Positions 1 through 12,880 of a stretch of 64,000 nt of DNA are shown here, piece after piece. The stretch is taken from assembly GCA_029953675.1 (NCBI GenBank), contig JAMWBK010000001.1, positions 2,976,001 through 3,040,000 on the forward strand, written 5' to 3'. The DNA comes from Rhodosorus marinus CCMP1338 (lineage: Eukaryota > Plantae > Rhodophyta). The position numbers and the translations under genes are program-made. Numbering within the stretch: position 1 is the first letter of the stretch; each line of letters starts with the position of its first letter. The notes below the pieces were generated by a model that was not told where the DNA came from, made no database searches, and was given only the letters and a program-made list of their open reading frames with translations.

Positions 1-942
1 CTCGTCGCAAGCTCTCAGCATTTTTTCTCTGCTGGACAGTTCGACGACGACAGAGCAGCCGGTTTCTGTGGATGTTCCGACCCTCTTGATTGATAGTTTG
101 GTTACGGGTCCGTAGTCTTCAAGCAGTTCCTTCACAGAGCTTTGATCGATGTTCCATGGCAGGTTGTCTATTACTACCGAAGTCAACGGGCTGGGAGCGC
201 CGAAGTCTAACGAGACAAACAAAGGAAACAGAAAACAACAAGTCAACTTCCCGAGGCAGAGTACGGCAAGTACAGGCATTTTTTGACCATGGATGAGAAG
301 ATCTACCTTGAACTTGGTCGAGAGACAAGAAAGCAGTTACTTTCAAGCCTTTTAGAGTTGATCCTTGCAAAGCCTTGACAGCCTTCCTCGCGTCCTCTCG
401 TGATAAGAATTGGGCGTAAACTTGTCCTAAGAAACCATCGATGCGAGCTGCTTTAGATCACGGCTTTCGTCTGCCTCTTTATGAAGCGCGTATCCCGTGT
501 AGAATACACTTACTTGTTCCACCTTTCTCATCCTCCTTCGTTAGCAACTTCTCGACGCTGCCCACTGAACCAAGCCAAGAAGCAACGTCTTCCTTCGTAA
601 GCGAAGAAGGTACGTTCCTAAACCACGCCCTCCTACAATCACATCGCCAAACGAGACGATCAGCTCCACGATTCCAAACCGTGGTATTGATTTCAGATCG
701 CCAATCGTCTTTCCTCACCTCTCAAACTCTGAGCCCTCAATCTGGCTCTAGGTAGATCAAGAAGCAGTCATGACATAAACACAGACCCAGGTTTCTTAAG
801 CAACTTTCACCTCTTCAACAGACATCTTCCCCACGGCTCTTACCTGCAGACACATCCATCTCAAACCACCAACACGATGGATGCGCGTCAATCCTGCTCT
901 CAACGGCTCTCCATGACGAGCAACGCCTCTCATCAGATTCAT
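1..942 (-). CDS. Tandem-RRM RNA-binding protein with mitochondrial-type presequence (RRM array gene 1; runs off left edge)
   Basis: Manual splicing: exon 942-844 MNLMRGVARHGEPLRAGLTRIHRVGGLRWMCLQ. RRM1 RAWFRNVPSSLTKEDVASWLGSVG...RQVYAQFLSREDARKAVKALQG spans GT-AG intron 427-513. RRM2 starts VVIDNLPWNIDQSSVKELLEDYGPV. Probable 1-nt homopolymer error near position 25. Confidence 0.8.
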
Positions 943-1431
943 TCTCCTCCACTTGGAATCAAAAAGAAGCTCAAAGTCTCCAGCTCAATGGAAACCGACG
1001 ACGGCTGCTGCGGAGCGGCTAAACGTAACACCCACCCGTGAAATGAAGGACGGCACGCCGCTCGCAAACCCTCACGGAGAGGTGGGACAAACGCATTCGT
1101 CTAGCGGAAACCTACTGACAGCTGCTGCGAAGCAGCAACAATTAGCTTGGACGAAAAAAATTGTCATCTTCTTTGAGATATTTTTGAGAGGCAGGCCAGT
1201 GAACGAGCTTCTTTCTCTGTGCTTTGGGTCTACTACCCAATGCCATAGACTTAGGTATGTGAGACGTATGGTGCTGCTTCTAAAGCTTCCCCCCCGTTGG
1301 GATATTGACGGCGATTGATCAAGTTAGTACTTGGGTTTTTGCATGCGGGATTGGTCTTTACATGGACGTGCTAGCGAGCCAGTCCTATTGCCCCGTATTC
1401 ATGCGTAGAGTTTTGTCTACGAGAAAACAGG

Positions 1432-2329
1432 TCAGACAAGTTCGTCCTCTGGCAAGGTGAGCGTTCTGTCTCTCTGATCCTCTCTGATGAGCTTCGCTTC
1501 GTCGAATTCCGTGGCAAGCATACATCTAACTTTGACGCCGCTTAGCTTCGCGTTGTCGAGCCTAGCGGCAGCAAGTTTAGCTCCCTCAACGGATCGGAAC
1601 TTGATCACTGCTTCAATGCCAAGATGTGCATTACGTTCGCCGATAACGACAGCGCACGCGAGAGGGGCGATGGACCTCCCCACGTCCTTGAGGTCTTGCC
1701 ACTCGACATGTGGCGGAACGTTGGTCAGGCGAACGGTTTTCGGGTCCGCAGTTGGACCTATCGCTCGCATTTCTAGATTTCCAGAATAAAACGGGTTTCA
1801 ACATCAGCTCAGCGGTGTCAATAGCTCGTCTGTTCTTCATGGGGACACGTCTTGAGTTCAAACCCACCTTCAAGATTGTCGCGATCTTGTCTCATGAAAA
1901 GACGGGCCCCCATAAAATTCTGGTAACCTAGCGTTGCAATCGCCTTTTGAGCAAATACTTTATCCGAGTACTCGACAATTGCGCGACCTACATGGAGATG
2001 AACGGGAGGGGGGACGGGGTTGGCAGTTAGCTTATAAGCAACAAAGGAACAAAAGTGTTTCCTTCAGATATCCTACCGCTGCTGTTCCCGAGCCGGTCGC
2101 GAAAGATATGAACGCTTTTCAGTCCTCCCACAGCCTGCATATGATTATGCAAGTCGCTTTCGTTTGAGGCCTGGGGTATGCCAGTCACGAACACCCTCCT
2201 CTCTGGCTTGTTCCCATGAAACTGGAAACCCTCGCTCAGCCACCTCACGGCACATCGACCGACCGCCGTGAACCCATCAGAGGTGGTATTTAACCTCTTC
2301 AAAGAGACCTGTTTTACAACCCTAAGCAT
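1432..2329 (-). CDS. Tandem-RRM protein, Gbp2/Hrb1-like, with presequence (RRM array gene 2)
   Basis: MLRVVKQVSLKRLN N-terminus (alternative ATG at 2428). RRM1 RVFVTGIPQ...GRAIVEYSDKVFAQKAIATLGYQNFMGARLFMRQDRD. RRM2 VRLTNVPPHVEWQDLKD carries the WQDLKD pseudo-RRM signature. Two GT-AG introns restore the frame. Confidence 0.85.
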
Positions 2330-2918
2330 CTTGCTCGTGATCAAACTGCACAGCAAAAACAGTCTCAAAGAGCCATGAGAAGCTTTCCAGCGACTTCCAA
2401 CCCGCGACGTGCGCGCCTTCCTTCCCATTATGCCAAAAATTCAATTGCGTGGCCGTGGATGAACAATAACGCTAAATCATCCAATACATCTCCTTAAACT
2501 CATATTAAGGGTTTCTAAATCCATATATCAGAGTATACAATATTTGATTGGTAGTAATAGTCCACTATGAGCTTTCAATATATATTATTGGTTAATAGGT
2601 GAGAGGATAAGATTTTATTCGTGAATAGGCTGACATATGTGATTCTAAGATACATTATTGGTTAGTTGTCCGACCGAGACCGGTGGCCCGGAAGTGAACG
2701 GTTTGTGGATGGTGGTGGGAGAGCCGGGCTTGTGGTCTGCGGCAACCTTTGACGTGATTGCGCCCTTCGTTCCCCTTCCTCCTGTTCCGAGGCGTACAAT
2801 TTTCTGCCTAAATCGCCAGCCTCGTTCAGATCTTGCCACCGGGAGGGTAGAGGACCTGCGTTGGTGGGGTTGGGTGTGCTTGAGTAGGGGCTTAGTAGTT
2901 AAAAGAGTACATGATTGT

Positions 2919-4171
2919 CTACATACCGTCGTATCCACGGTAACATCTGAACGTCTCTCCCAAGATCTTGCTTCCGTCCAGACGTTTCCGGGCGAAACCT
3001 GCCTCTTTAACAGTCTTGTAGAAAAGCACGCCTATTCTCTCGCCCACAGATACTGAACGTAGTGAACAGAATACAACTTCACCGTAGTGTTTCCCGAGGT
3101 CTTTCAGGTTCTCCCAGCTCTGGATAGGTCTTGGAACGTGCTCTACGAGCAACGCTCTTGGATTGTATTCAGCGTTCTTGAGGAGGTCATAGTAGTAGTC
3201 AAACTCCGCAGCATCTGGAAACATAGCGTAGCAGAACTTTGCGTTAGATAGGATGATCGCAACCTGCGTGCCTGTGCCACGATGGGCTTCAATTCGACTC
3301 CGAGTTTACAATTATGGTCTCTTCTCCTGTGTTGAGGTACACTGCGCCTGATTCCAATGGGCCTCTTTCCATTCAGCAGCTGTTCATTCAAAACGTCTAT
3401 CACTTTCTGCACGTCTCTTTCCTCATAGAGCTGAGCAATACCGACACCAGTGCAATCTGGAAAAGATCATATCATAAGTGATTCTTTTACGGGGTATAGG
3501 CTTCGATTAAAAATTCGAGGAGAACACTTACTTCCCCGTTCCCTGTCCTCGGTCAATTTGACCGCATGAACTGGCGCTACTGCCTCCAAGAAGTCGAACA
3601 CTTCTCTCTTGGTCGCGCTATACGGCAAGTTGAATAAAAATATCTCGTGCTCGACATTCCAGTTGGGTTCTGTATCTCTTTCGTATTTGTCTACTCTGGA
3701 GTTGTGGCGATGCCATGCCACCAAGTCGTTTCGAGTATGAACAGGACCGCTACGCGGCGCTGGATGATACGAACTAGGATGTTGATGTCCAGATGGACCC
3801 CTCTCATTTCTGTAATTATTTGGTCTGGATCTTCTCGGCTCAAATCCATCCTCAAATCTGGGATCTGGTCCCTCGTCGGCGTCGCGCTCTCTCGGCTCTA
3901 AGCCACGTCCACGCCGGTCTCCGTGACGACCAGGGCTATTATGATCATAACCGCGACTGCTTTGCCTTATTTCACCTGATGGATAGTTTTCCTCAAATCT
4001 TCGGTCAGGCCGTTGATCAGCGTCCCTCTCGCTCCGCTCTAAACCCTCAAACTGTCCTAACTCCGTATACCTCCGCACACTCCCAACGCTTGCTCCGCTC
4101 TCACTCCAAGCAGATAGTCTCCGGAAAGCCGCCACACGCGAGGTGAGATTTGAAAAGCGCGCTTGAAACAT
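2919..4171 (-). CDS. Tandem-RRM protein with R/D/G-rich N-terminal region and presequence (RRM array gene 3)
   Basis: MFQARFSNLTSRVAAFRRLS presequence-like start. RRM1 IFLFNLPYSATKREVFDFL...GVGIAQLY. RRM2 LLVEHVPRPIQSWENLKDLGKHYGEV. Two GT-AG introns join ORFs 3467..4171, 3143..3412 and 2919..3224. Confidence 0.85.
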
Positions 4172-4468
4172 TAATACTTAACTTGAACATCTGGCCTCTT
4201 GAGCCGTTCCTGTCTTCACCTCAGAGCACTCCTCGCACTCCCATCCCTCCCTGTCGAAACAAGTTCTTACCGTTGAAGATGACCTCAACCAACAAATATT
4301 AAAATTGTAAATAAAAAGGAGCTTACATTTTTATAAGCCAATTAAATATAGATATAGTCAACGATTCTATCAATATGCTCGTAAATGATAAGACTATGGA
4401 ATAGACGATGGTAATAGGTCGAAACCAAACCAACTCCGTTGATGGGCGCATTGACATAACTGACGCTG

Positions 4469-5740
4469 TCACGGAGGGGCAGGGTAGGGTCTATGCAGAT
4501 CTTTCATTTCCCTGTCTAACCAGCTCGAAGGTACCATCCGGAGGTATCGCAGCGGCAAGGCGCAACCGCACAGTAGGTATGCTGCCCCCGGCACGACATG
4601 ACTGGTAGCAGCTAGCTGCTCCCACTGTCTGCTTGGGAGGGGGAATGGGGAGGGGAGGGGCGCGTTCGCTTTGGAACACATCCTTGTACCTGTGTACCTC
4701 TCATTCCTGAATATCCTGGATATTCCGGAACTATTGCCGGGTTGGAATTCTTTTGGTTTATCGTCCTCTACTCCTCAGCCGATTGAACAAAGCACCTATG
4801 CAGCGTCCGCTGACGTCCTCACTTCTTCGTGATATCCCTTGTTCTCGGTTTTATTCTGGACCTCCGCAGCTGGCTGGCTCTTACCTTTCTGTGCATTATA
4901 GTTTTCAGAATCCTTCGTGCAGAGGACCATTCTTCCATCTATGTACATTTCGTTCAGTGCGTGGTGAGCGAGCTCCACGGCGGAGCTTGATTCTAAACGG
5001 ACAATTGCAAACTTGCCAGAGTCGTCGCGATCGAAAAAGATATGGAGAGGATTAACAATAGAAGAAACAGCCATTCCTATCGTACTCATTCTGGTCTCCT
5101 CTCGGAACTTATCGAGTCTGATCCAATGAACGTTCCTTTTCCCGGTTTCTACAAGCAAGGAGCGATGCAAATATGGTTCAGCTTTGATCAGGCTGCATCC
5201 TCTACGGAAAAGAATTGTAACATACGTCTCGCCTCTCTCTCCCGCAATAGTTGAGATTGCTCTCTGAAATCAGCACTCAAGGAACTACGCCATCTACGAG
5301 CTTTCTCCGGAGACTGGAATTCGATGACAACGGAAACTTTGGCAGTGAAGAAAAGCATGCAGTTAATGCTTGATACAGTGCAGAACCTCGTGGATAGATT
5401 CATAAGCCCGCGTTTTATTACCTTGGCCTTCGTCAATGGCGTGTTTTTTGGAAGTCACGGCAGTGAATCCGGCCGCGTTTGGGACATTGGGTAGTAGTTG
5501 ACTCTCATACACTTCCTCTGGGACCCGTCTCAGCAAAACATACCTCGTTGCATCATCGACAGGATCTGCACCGTACCCTGGAATTCCAGTTCTCCGTCGG
5601 TAATTGTCCAGCCTGTCCTTGAAATGCCCCTCTGCAGACTTCACATAGCCGCGGGTCCCAATTCTATAGCTCTTCAACCATCCCGTACAGAGTTTTCTCT
5701 TCGACGAGTTCAGGGAATTTACAATTCTGCACCTCAGCAT
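4469..5740 (-). CDS. Divergent RRM-like protein with presequence (RRM array gene 4; 3' exons uncertain)
   Basis: MLRCRIVNSLNSSKRKL start. Segments YVLLRRVPEEVYESQL, VSVVIEFQSPEKARR and WIRLDKF...KFAIVRLESSSAVELAHHALNEMYIDGRMV fit degenerate RRM folds. Confidence 0.6.
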
Positions 5741-6147
5741 GCTGTGAGATTCTTGAAAAAAAAAGTCAAGAAATTCAGGTCGAACTAAAAATCGCTGAAG
5801 TCATCCTGCGCTACAAATGGACCGCAAGTCCGCGCCTCGCTTCACTCTCCTGAGCTCCTTCCACGTCGAAACGAATGTCGAAACTGGTCGTAAGCACGCA
5901 GAATCGAATGGACCAATTACAACTCCTTATAAAATAATTATGTTTTAATTGGATTAAGCTGATAAATAAGAATAATCAATAATGGAGCTTACACACTTTT
6001 TGATTCGGCATATATCTGCTGATTAGAGTATAACTTTCATAAGCAATTTCAATTGGTCCACCCTGACCCAATAATTTACTTTTATTCTGTCATACTACAC
6101 ATACAAGTTATGGATTGGTTGGTTGGGACTGTAACTTCACACCAATC

Positions 6148-7299
6148 TCAATCTAGTTTAGCGCTGATCACGAACCCATTGAGCATTCGCTCGTCGAGCA
6201 TCTTCGCGGCCTTTGTGGCGTCACTGCTTGAGCAGAATTTTATAAGTCCGGCTCTTATCGTTCTCCCGTCTTTCCCAAGTACTTTTTCGGCAGCCAGGAC
6301 CTTTCCAAACTTTTCTCCAAGGTATCGCAGATCAGCTGCCGTCATGATCCGCGGTAGGTGCTCCAGGTAGACAACTTTTGATGGTTTCGGATCTGCCATC
6401 ATGGGGTACAAACCAATAAAATTTTGAATATGATGAGCTCCAGAAATATTCTGCTTGAGGGAAAATCGATTGATTCGTCCATGCGCAAGTGTTCCCTCAC
6501 CTCTCTCGAGCCGGCGCTTGTTCGGAAGTACGTAGATCTTGGCCTTCTCCAGTTCAGTGTCCTGAAGCTTCTCGAGGGCTTCCTTAGCGGCTTCAGGCTC
6601 AGCATATTCTACGATCGCAATTCCTATATAAGGAGAACAGCGTTCGATACGAGTCAGAGCACGGCGCGACTACGAAATGAACGCGTGGGCTAAAGTTGTA
6701 CGGTTTGGATGACCGATTGCTTGAGGACTGAATAGACCTTTCGCAAAGCCTCGCCGATCCAACCCAAAAAAATTGAGCACGTGCACCGGGACAAAAATGT
6801 GTTGCTGTTCAAAATACCAAGGCTTTTGCCGCTAGGCCTTCTCAGGACATCCGCAATGAGCACTTCCCCAACTTGTTCGAAATGTGTCTTGACGGCTTTC
6901 GGTAAGGTGTTCAGCTTTAACCTCTGAACGAGCACAGACCTGTTACCGCAGTACATAGTAAATCAGGGTCAACCGACACATCCAAAAGGTCTTCACAAGT
7001 CAAGCTATATTCATCTATTTTCACACCTCTCGAAAAAAGAAGCATCGAACTCAGCTCGCGCAGGATCCACTTCCTCGTCATGGGAATCTCTGAGCTCAAG
7101 TCCAGTATCGTAAGAAACGAGATCCTTGCCAAAGACAACAATTCCACAACAGAAATGGCAATATAAAGTTAAGATACCCTGTCCGATCATGAACATGAGA
7201 TCGGATGCCAGTGCATGTAGTTCATACCGGTACAACCGAACATGATCTACTAAAACCGCCGTACAAACGAACGCTTCTTCTTGCTAGTACCCTCAACAT
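6148..7299 (-). CDS. Tandem-RRM protein with presequence (RRM array gene 5)
   Basis: Exon 1 MLRVLARRSVRLYGGFSRSCSVVP ends at a GTATGA donor. RRM1 NRSVLVQRL...HFEQVGEVLIADV...GIAIVEYAEPEAAKEALEKLQD. RRM2 KVVYLEHLP...AGLIKFCSSSDATKAAKMLDERMLNGFVISAKLD*. Confidence 0.8.
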
Positions 7300-8345
7300 A
7301 ACTTTGCAAAACAGCTGCGCCGTCCGGCATACATTAAAACCAAAAGCCCGACTGCACCTGGCTCTCCTTCAACGCATATAAACAACCACCCTCAAAACCG
7401 TCCTTCAGTATCAAAATATATCAGATAGATTCGTCATCTACCTTGAGATTCTTTCTGATCCCTCCAAGAATTCATCTTTCCTCGCATCGGTACCTCCTCT
7501 ATCACCACGCAGCTACATCCCAACCCTAGGCCTTCCAGATTTCTTAAAGAATCGAATGGCCCTCACCGCGATTTTTGACCAGGACTGACTACTACGGTGT
7601 ACGATCAAGTACTAACGAAAACAGACTGGAAGAACTTGGGCTCAAAGCGAAAGCGCTTGGAGGCTGAGTGTCTTGAAAATTTTGTAGTGGAGAGGAGCCA
7701 GTAAGTAAGAATGCTAAGGTGGAACGATCCCGGGTAATAATTTTAGGGCCACCGACTTGTTGTTGGATCTGTTGGTGTTTGCTTCCGTGCGCTGAGAGTG
7801 CTTCGGATGAGTGTGCTCCTTCTCAAAGCCCTACTCCTTAAGGGTTTAGCCACGACGAATTCTATCAGGCTAACGAACCCTCCGTGCCATAAGGTTTCCC
7901 GGAACCCCCGTCAATATGTAACGCGTTCGCGGAAAGGAGGGGGGGGGGGAGGGGAAAGGCCACAGCGATACAGTCTCTGCGCATTAGGGGAGCATCAAAT
8001 CGAGAGCGCGGCTTCAGCCGATTGTAAATTGAATCACTGTTTGACCCAATTTCTCGTGATTAGCTCGCCTTCTAGTCTCCACGACTATCGATCTTCACGC
8101 TCCTGAGCACTCAATAGTACGTCGGGACATATTGTATTCAATGCAATATGATTGGAGTATTTCGACGAATGATCATTTCTGAGATAAATTTATCAAATTA
8201 TTGATATGTTTATTCATTGAATCGATTATTATAGTGTATACGATTAAGTATAGTGTTTTAATAGATATATTTTTGTCTAGGGTTTCGTCATGATCGACTT
8301 TGGATTTGGAGGATGGTTGGGGTCGGACCTGGTTGCTGTGGATGG

Positions 8346-10055
8346 TTAGAGGAGGACATGGGAAGACGGACTGCAATAGTTTTTCTTCAATGAGTTGTAT
8401 ATTAGCTGATTAACACTTTTGTCCGGTGTTTCGTTGGTGTGCAGAGCTGAGATCCAGGCTGGATCGCCTTCGGATCGCGTGTAAGAGCCAATGTCGGTGG
8501 GTTTTGCAGTCGTTCCAGGTCGTCTGATACGACGACGAACCCTCTGTGTGAAAGCCGCTGTCGATGATTCCCACACTGCTGGTCGAAGGGTAGGTTTGTA
8601 CGTAAAAGCTCTTTGGAGAGCGATCTTGCTGAGAAGAGTTGAATGTTGGACCGTTACAGCTCGGATCGGTGGCGTTGACTTCTGCGACGGTCATGTGGGC
8701 GGTTGGCAATGCAATTCAACGGCAATTGATACTCTCCGGACTAAACCCGGTACGTAGCAGCCTCAATTCGGCCCCGCTGATTTTCACTCTAATCGAAAAC
8801 GTTCTTCGACAATAGAGCTTTGTTACGGCAGCGCGCTTCGGAGGGACTGGACTGCTGTTCCTTCCGAGTTTCAGGCTAAGATATTTCATCCCAGGATTAA
8901 AGCTGGCGTTGCTTTCATTTTGCGGGAACGCCTTACTGTCAATGGCCCTACGATTGACCGCGGCGTCGCGAGCATCCTTTTTCACATCTCTGAGCGTCAT
9001 ACTGACCCCACTGTTGGCAGCAGCTGTGCGAAAGGAACTACCAAAGGCCCGTCATATCTACGGCAGCATCATTTCGTTCCTCGGTATCTACTTCATTACT
9101 AGGGAGGTGAAGCGCTAAGTCCATCTACCTTGACCGTTGACCATTGCTGGATTACTCAACCCAAAAATCCGTGTAGGGCTTGATCAACAGTAGCATTTCA
9201 CATCTGGGAGATGGACTGGCCTTCATGGCTGCATTCTTCTTCGCGTCGTACATTGTTACGCTGGGAATAGAATCCCCCAAACATGATACCAAGGGCTTGA
9301 CATCCGCTGTCCGAGTTTGCAACGGCATAATCTGCTCATCTTGGGCTCTGACCGTCGTTGCTTTGCACTTGAAGTCTGTAAGAAAACGCAACGGCCGTCC
9401 CCCTTCCGGTCCGTTCGGATATATTTTACGCTCACATCTTATCTACTTCTTTGCAGGGCTCAACCCTTCCCGTGCAATCTATTCTCAACAGTGGAGTTCT
9501 GGCATGGATAGGTAGGAGCTAGGAACATGGGGACATCCTTTGCGAACACAGTGTGTGAAAGCTTACTGCGAATCTGCACATTTACCTCACAGGAATTGCC
9601 CTACTTATCGCGATGTTGTCGGCATCCGGACTTTTACAAGTATGGGGACAGAAGAAACTCAACCCCAATGACTGTGCCCTTATATTCTCACTCGTTCCGT
9701 AAGACAGCATCCCCGCAAAAGTCCGTTTTGTAACGGAGGAGTTGAGCACAGTGTCCCCATCTCAGGGACGCGTCTCCCAGATTCTTTGCTGACTAACTCT
9801 CTCCCATTCCTCGAATTCCCGGCAGAGTCTGGTCAGCTATCATTGGCGTCACGTTGTTTAAAGAGACGCTGAAGAGAACTTCAATTTTCGGTGCAGCTCT
9901 TCTATTCCTAGGATGTTTTATAGGCCAGAGAGAGCCTAGTCCAACTCTTGCCAAGCACCAATCTGTTGACGCTAACTAGGGAACTAGAACTCGGTCATCG
10001 TCAGGATTAATTTAATAGGACTTTGTTCACTGAAAGCTATTGATTTCATAGCATC
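8346..10055 (-). CDS. Hypothetical multi-exon protein, no recognisable domain
   Basis: ORFs 9152..9391, 8716..9000, 8410..8709 and 8346..8576 can be chained through GT-AG introns (e.g. NGQ|AAANSG, LL|QVNATD) if one or two homopolymer indels are allowed. Start is uncertain. Confidence 0.35.
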
Positions 10056-10252
10056 GTGTTGTCCATTGAGAGCTCGTAATCAAGCAACGAGTTTCAAGCG
10101 ATCCCCTCCTCCCAACAACCTCACGAAAAGGCTACGCATGTGCCAATGCAGTTTAAAGACCATAAAAGTTCAGGATGAAAACAATCAAAGGCTGTGGTTG
10201 ATGTGAAATGGGTGAAGCCCGGAGTTCCAACGCGTCCACCAAGCGCTTTGGA

Positions 10253-11187
10253 ATGAAAATTATGGCTTCGGGCTTTCTTGTTCAATCCGGTTGCGGCTGC
10301 AAGCGCCTGAGCTCGAGAGGGCTGTATATGTGTGAGCGTGAATGGAAAGGGACGTCCAAGCAGACTCCTGGGATTGTCAAGGTATTATCTTATTTCTTCA
10401 CGGAATCGGGTTAGGGAAGAACTTTGCTGACTCTTTTCGCGTGGAAGCAGGCTCTCGTATCGGCTCTAACAGCCGTAGTGACGGGCATCCAACCTCAAGC
10501 TGAGGAGGCAATCGAGAGCTTCTCTGATTTGTTGTCAGCTGATGACGTGCTTAGCACTGTAAAGGATGATTACGAGCAAAGACAGTACTTTCTGACTGGG
10601 GACATATCCAGACGCATATACTTGCAAACTACTGAGTTCATAGATCCAACGGTTACCGTCAAAGGTGCACAATGATGACTCAGGCGCATGCTGAGAATTC
10701 ACGCCCCGGACTGAGCGCTACAATTCTGCCGTGGAAACACCAGGTCTGCAGAATTGGGAAAGAAATATTCAATCCATAAATCGGTTCATCACAGATGAAC
10801 GTATTGACCTGCTCAATATGGAGAAGGAACAAGGACTTATTCGTACGAGGTGGAGGCTTGTTTGTACAGTTACCCTTCCTTGGAGGTAAGCGGGGCACCA
10901 CTGGGGCAAGCTCGCCAACGTGTCTATTGCAAACGTGGACTCCCTTGATATTGCGCACGGATCACGACGTTCGCTCTTACACACTAGTTCCTTGCGGATA
11001 AATGGTCATTGCGGCTATTCCCAGACCAGTTCTGGATGTCTACGGACAGACTGAGCACTTCATCGATGAGTCTAGCGGTCGCGTTGCCGTCCACGTTGAA
11101 AGCTGGGACTGTTCTGCCTCTGAAGCTTTGCTGCAGCTGCTGAAGCCTGGTCCCCCTAAGACCACCGACAGTGCTTCTGGTCCTTGA
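10253..11187 (+). CDS. DUF2358 (SnoaL-like) family protein, probably plastid-targeted
   Basis: Motifs DDYEQRQYFLTGDISRRIY...EFIDPTVTVKG and PVLDVYGQTEHFIDESSGRVAVHVESWDCSASEALLQLLKP match the family pattern as recalled. Multi-exon; Ser/Arg/Cys-rich N-terminus. Confidence 0.7.
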
Positions 11188-11653
11188 TAGTCGGGCTAGA
11201 TCAACTGGTAGAGTTCCTCTGTCTATGCTTCTGCGCTACTATGGTTGTGTCGACAAAGAACGGGGCAACGGCGGCAACTTGACATGAGAATAATCCCTTG
11301 ATAACCCTTACCTCGAGACTGCAACTAGATAAATAAGGAAAATAAGACAACAACTACACATTACAAAGATAATGACATACAACAGGTCCAGGGATGACCA
11401 ACATATAATGCAAAAAAGAGAAGCGGAGGTATACAAGAGGCACCCAGACAGAGAGGCAGTAAGAACCGTTCAACTCTTCCGTTCCACCCCCTTCCCGCCA
11501 CTTTGCCTTTGCCTGTCCGCTCACTGGCCAACGACAAAAAGGAAAGCAAAACACACGTCGACAAACCCGGCATAGTTTGTCGATCAACGATCTTTCTCCG
11601 TAGGGAAAGAAGAAAGTTAAAACAAGCGCCCAACATCATGAGATAATCCAACC

Positions 11654-12880
11654 TTAGAAGAGCCGTTTCGGTGGTCCAGCGCCAGCATCATCCTTATGCA
11701 CTCGCTTCTTATGGGTGGTTAGAGTTCCCTTCTCGCCAAAGGTTGCCCCGCACAGATCGCAAGCATAGGGTCTCAGATTCTCGTGAACAGTTCGAATGTG
11801 GACTCCTAAATGGCTCTTTCGTCCGAAAGTCGAAGTGCACTGAGGACAGCTGAAAGGCCGATAGTTCTCATGAACAGTTTTCACGTGCCTGTCGAGGTGG
11901 CTCTTCTGTCCAAAGCTCGTATCACATTGTGAACATCGATACGGTCTCAGCTTGTCATGGACGGTCTTGGTGTGCTTTTGGAGGTTGTTACGAGTGTCAA
12001 AAGCAGACGGGCAATGCTCGCAGCGGAATGGCCTTATCTTCTCGTGCACAGTCCTGATATGCTTCTCCAGGTTGTTCTTCGTTGTAAATGCAAACTCACA
12101 TCTTGGGCAAGAATACGGTCTGCGATCTTTGTGTACCATCTGTTTGTGCTTCTCGAGGTTTTGGCTGTTCAAGAACGGTGTTGCATTGCACATGTTGCAC
12201 TCGAACAGCCTCCTATCTGAGTGCCTCGACCGCATGTGCACAGTTAACCTCTCCTTATCATCAAAACCCTCACTACAAATCTCGCATGGAAACACGGACG
12301 CTTGCGAATGAACAGCTCGGAAGTGGCTCATGAGTTGTTTCTTCTTGAAGAAAGCCATGCTACATCGGTTGCATGAGTAGCTCATCCCGTTCCATTTCAT
12401 ACCATTACCGGCGCCGTCCCTATCGTCCACAGGTGCTGCGAGCGGATCATTCAGGTTCTGTCCTTGTATAGCAGAATCCATTTTGGACACCTTATAATTG
12501 TCGAAAGCGAACACAGACTTTCGGATCGGGTCCTGCATATCTCCCATAGCTGACTGGGGTTGAAGCGGCTGCATTCCCTGTGGGATTGGATGCGGTTGCT
12601 GAAATTGACTTCTCGGGTCCATAGGATCAAACTGTGTTTCGGGGTGCCCATGCAGATGCTGCTGCCGGAACTGTCCCATGGGATCCTGAATTCCAGGCAG
12701 CGCTCCATCTATACCGTCCCCCCAAATCTGTCCCATTGGCATCCTCTGTTGTACGTTATAACCATAAGCATCTATGGGCCGTCTTGCTCCGTGATCAACC
12801 ATTCCCGGTGCCTGCTGACCCCCTGGTGCCATGCCAAACCCAGGGACACCTGTCTGGCTCATATACGCGTGCCCGTCCAT
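11654..12880 (-). CDS. C2H2 zinc-finger transcription factor (8 tandem fingers, Q/P/M-rich N-terminus)
   Basis: 408-aa uninterrupted ORF with eight CxxC-x12/13-HxxxxH fingers and HE/DKxRPY/F linkers. Confidence 0.95.
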   Translation of the reverse strand: MDGHAYMSQTGVPGFGMAPGGQQAPGMVDHGARRPIDAYGYNVQQRMPMGQIWGDGIDGALPGIQDPMGQFRQQHLHGHPETQFDPMDPRSQFQQPHPIPQGMQPLQPQSAMGDMQDPIRKSVFAFDNYKVSKMDSAIQGQNLNDPLAAPVDDRDGAGNGMKWNGMSYSCNRCSMAFFKKKQLMSHFRAVHSQASVFPCEICSEGFDDKERLTVHMRSRHSDRRLFECNMCNATPFLNSQNLEKHKQMVHKDRRPYSCPRCEFAFTTKNNLEKHIRTVHEKIRPFRCEHCPSAFDTRNNLQKHTKTVHDKLRPYRCSQCDTSFGQKSHLDRHVKTVHENYRPFSCPQCTSTFGRKSHLGVHIRTVHENLRPYACDLCGATFGEKGTLTTHKKRVHKDDAGAGPPKRLF

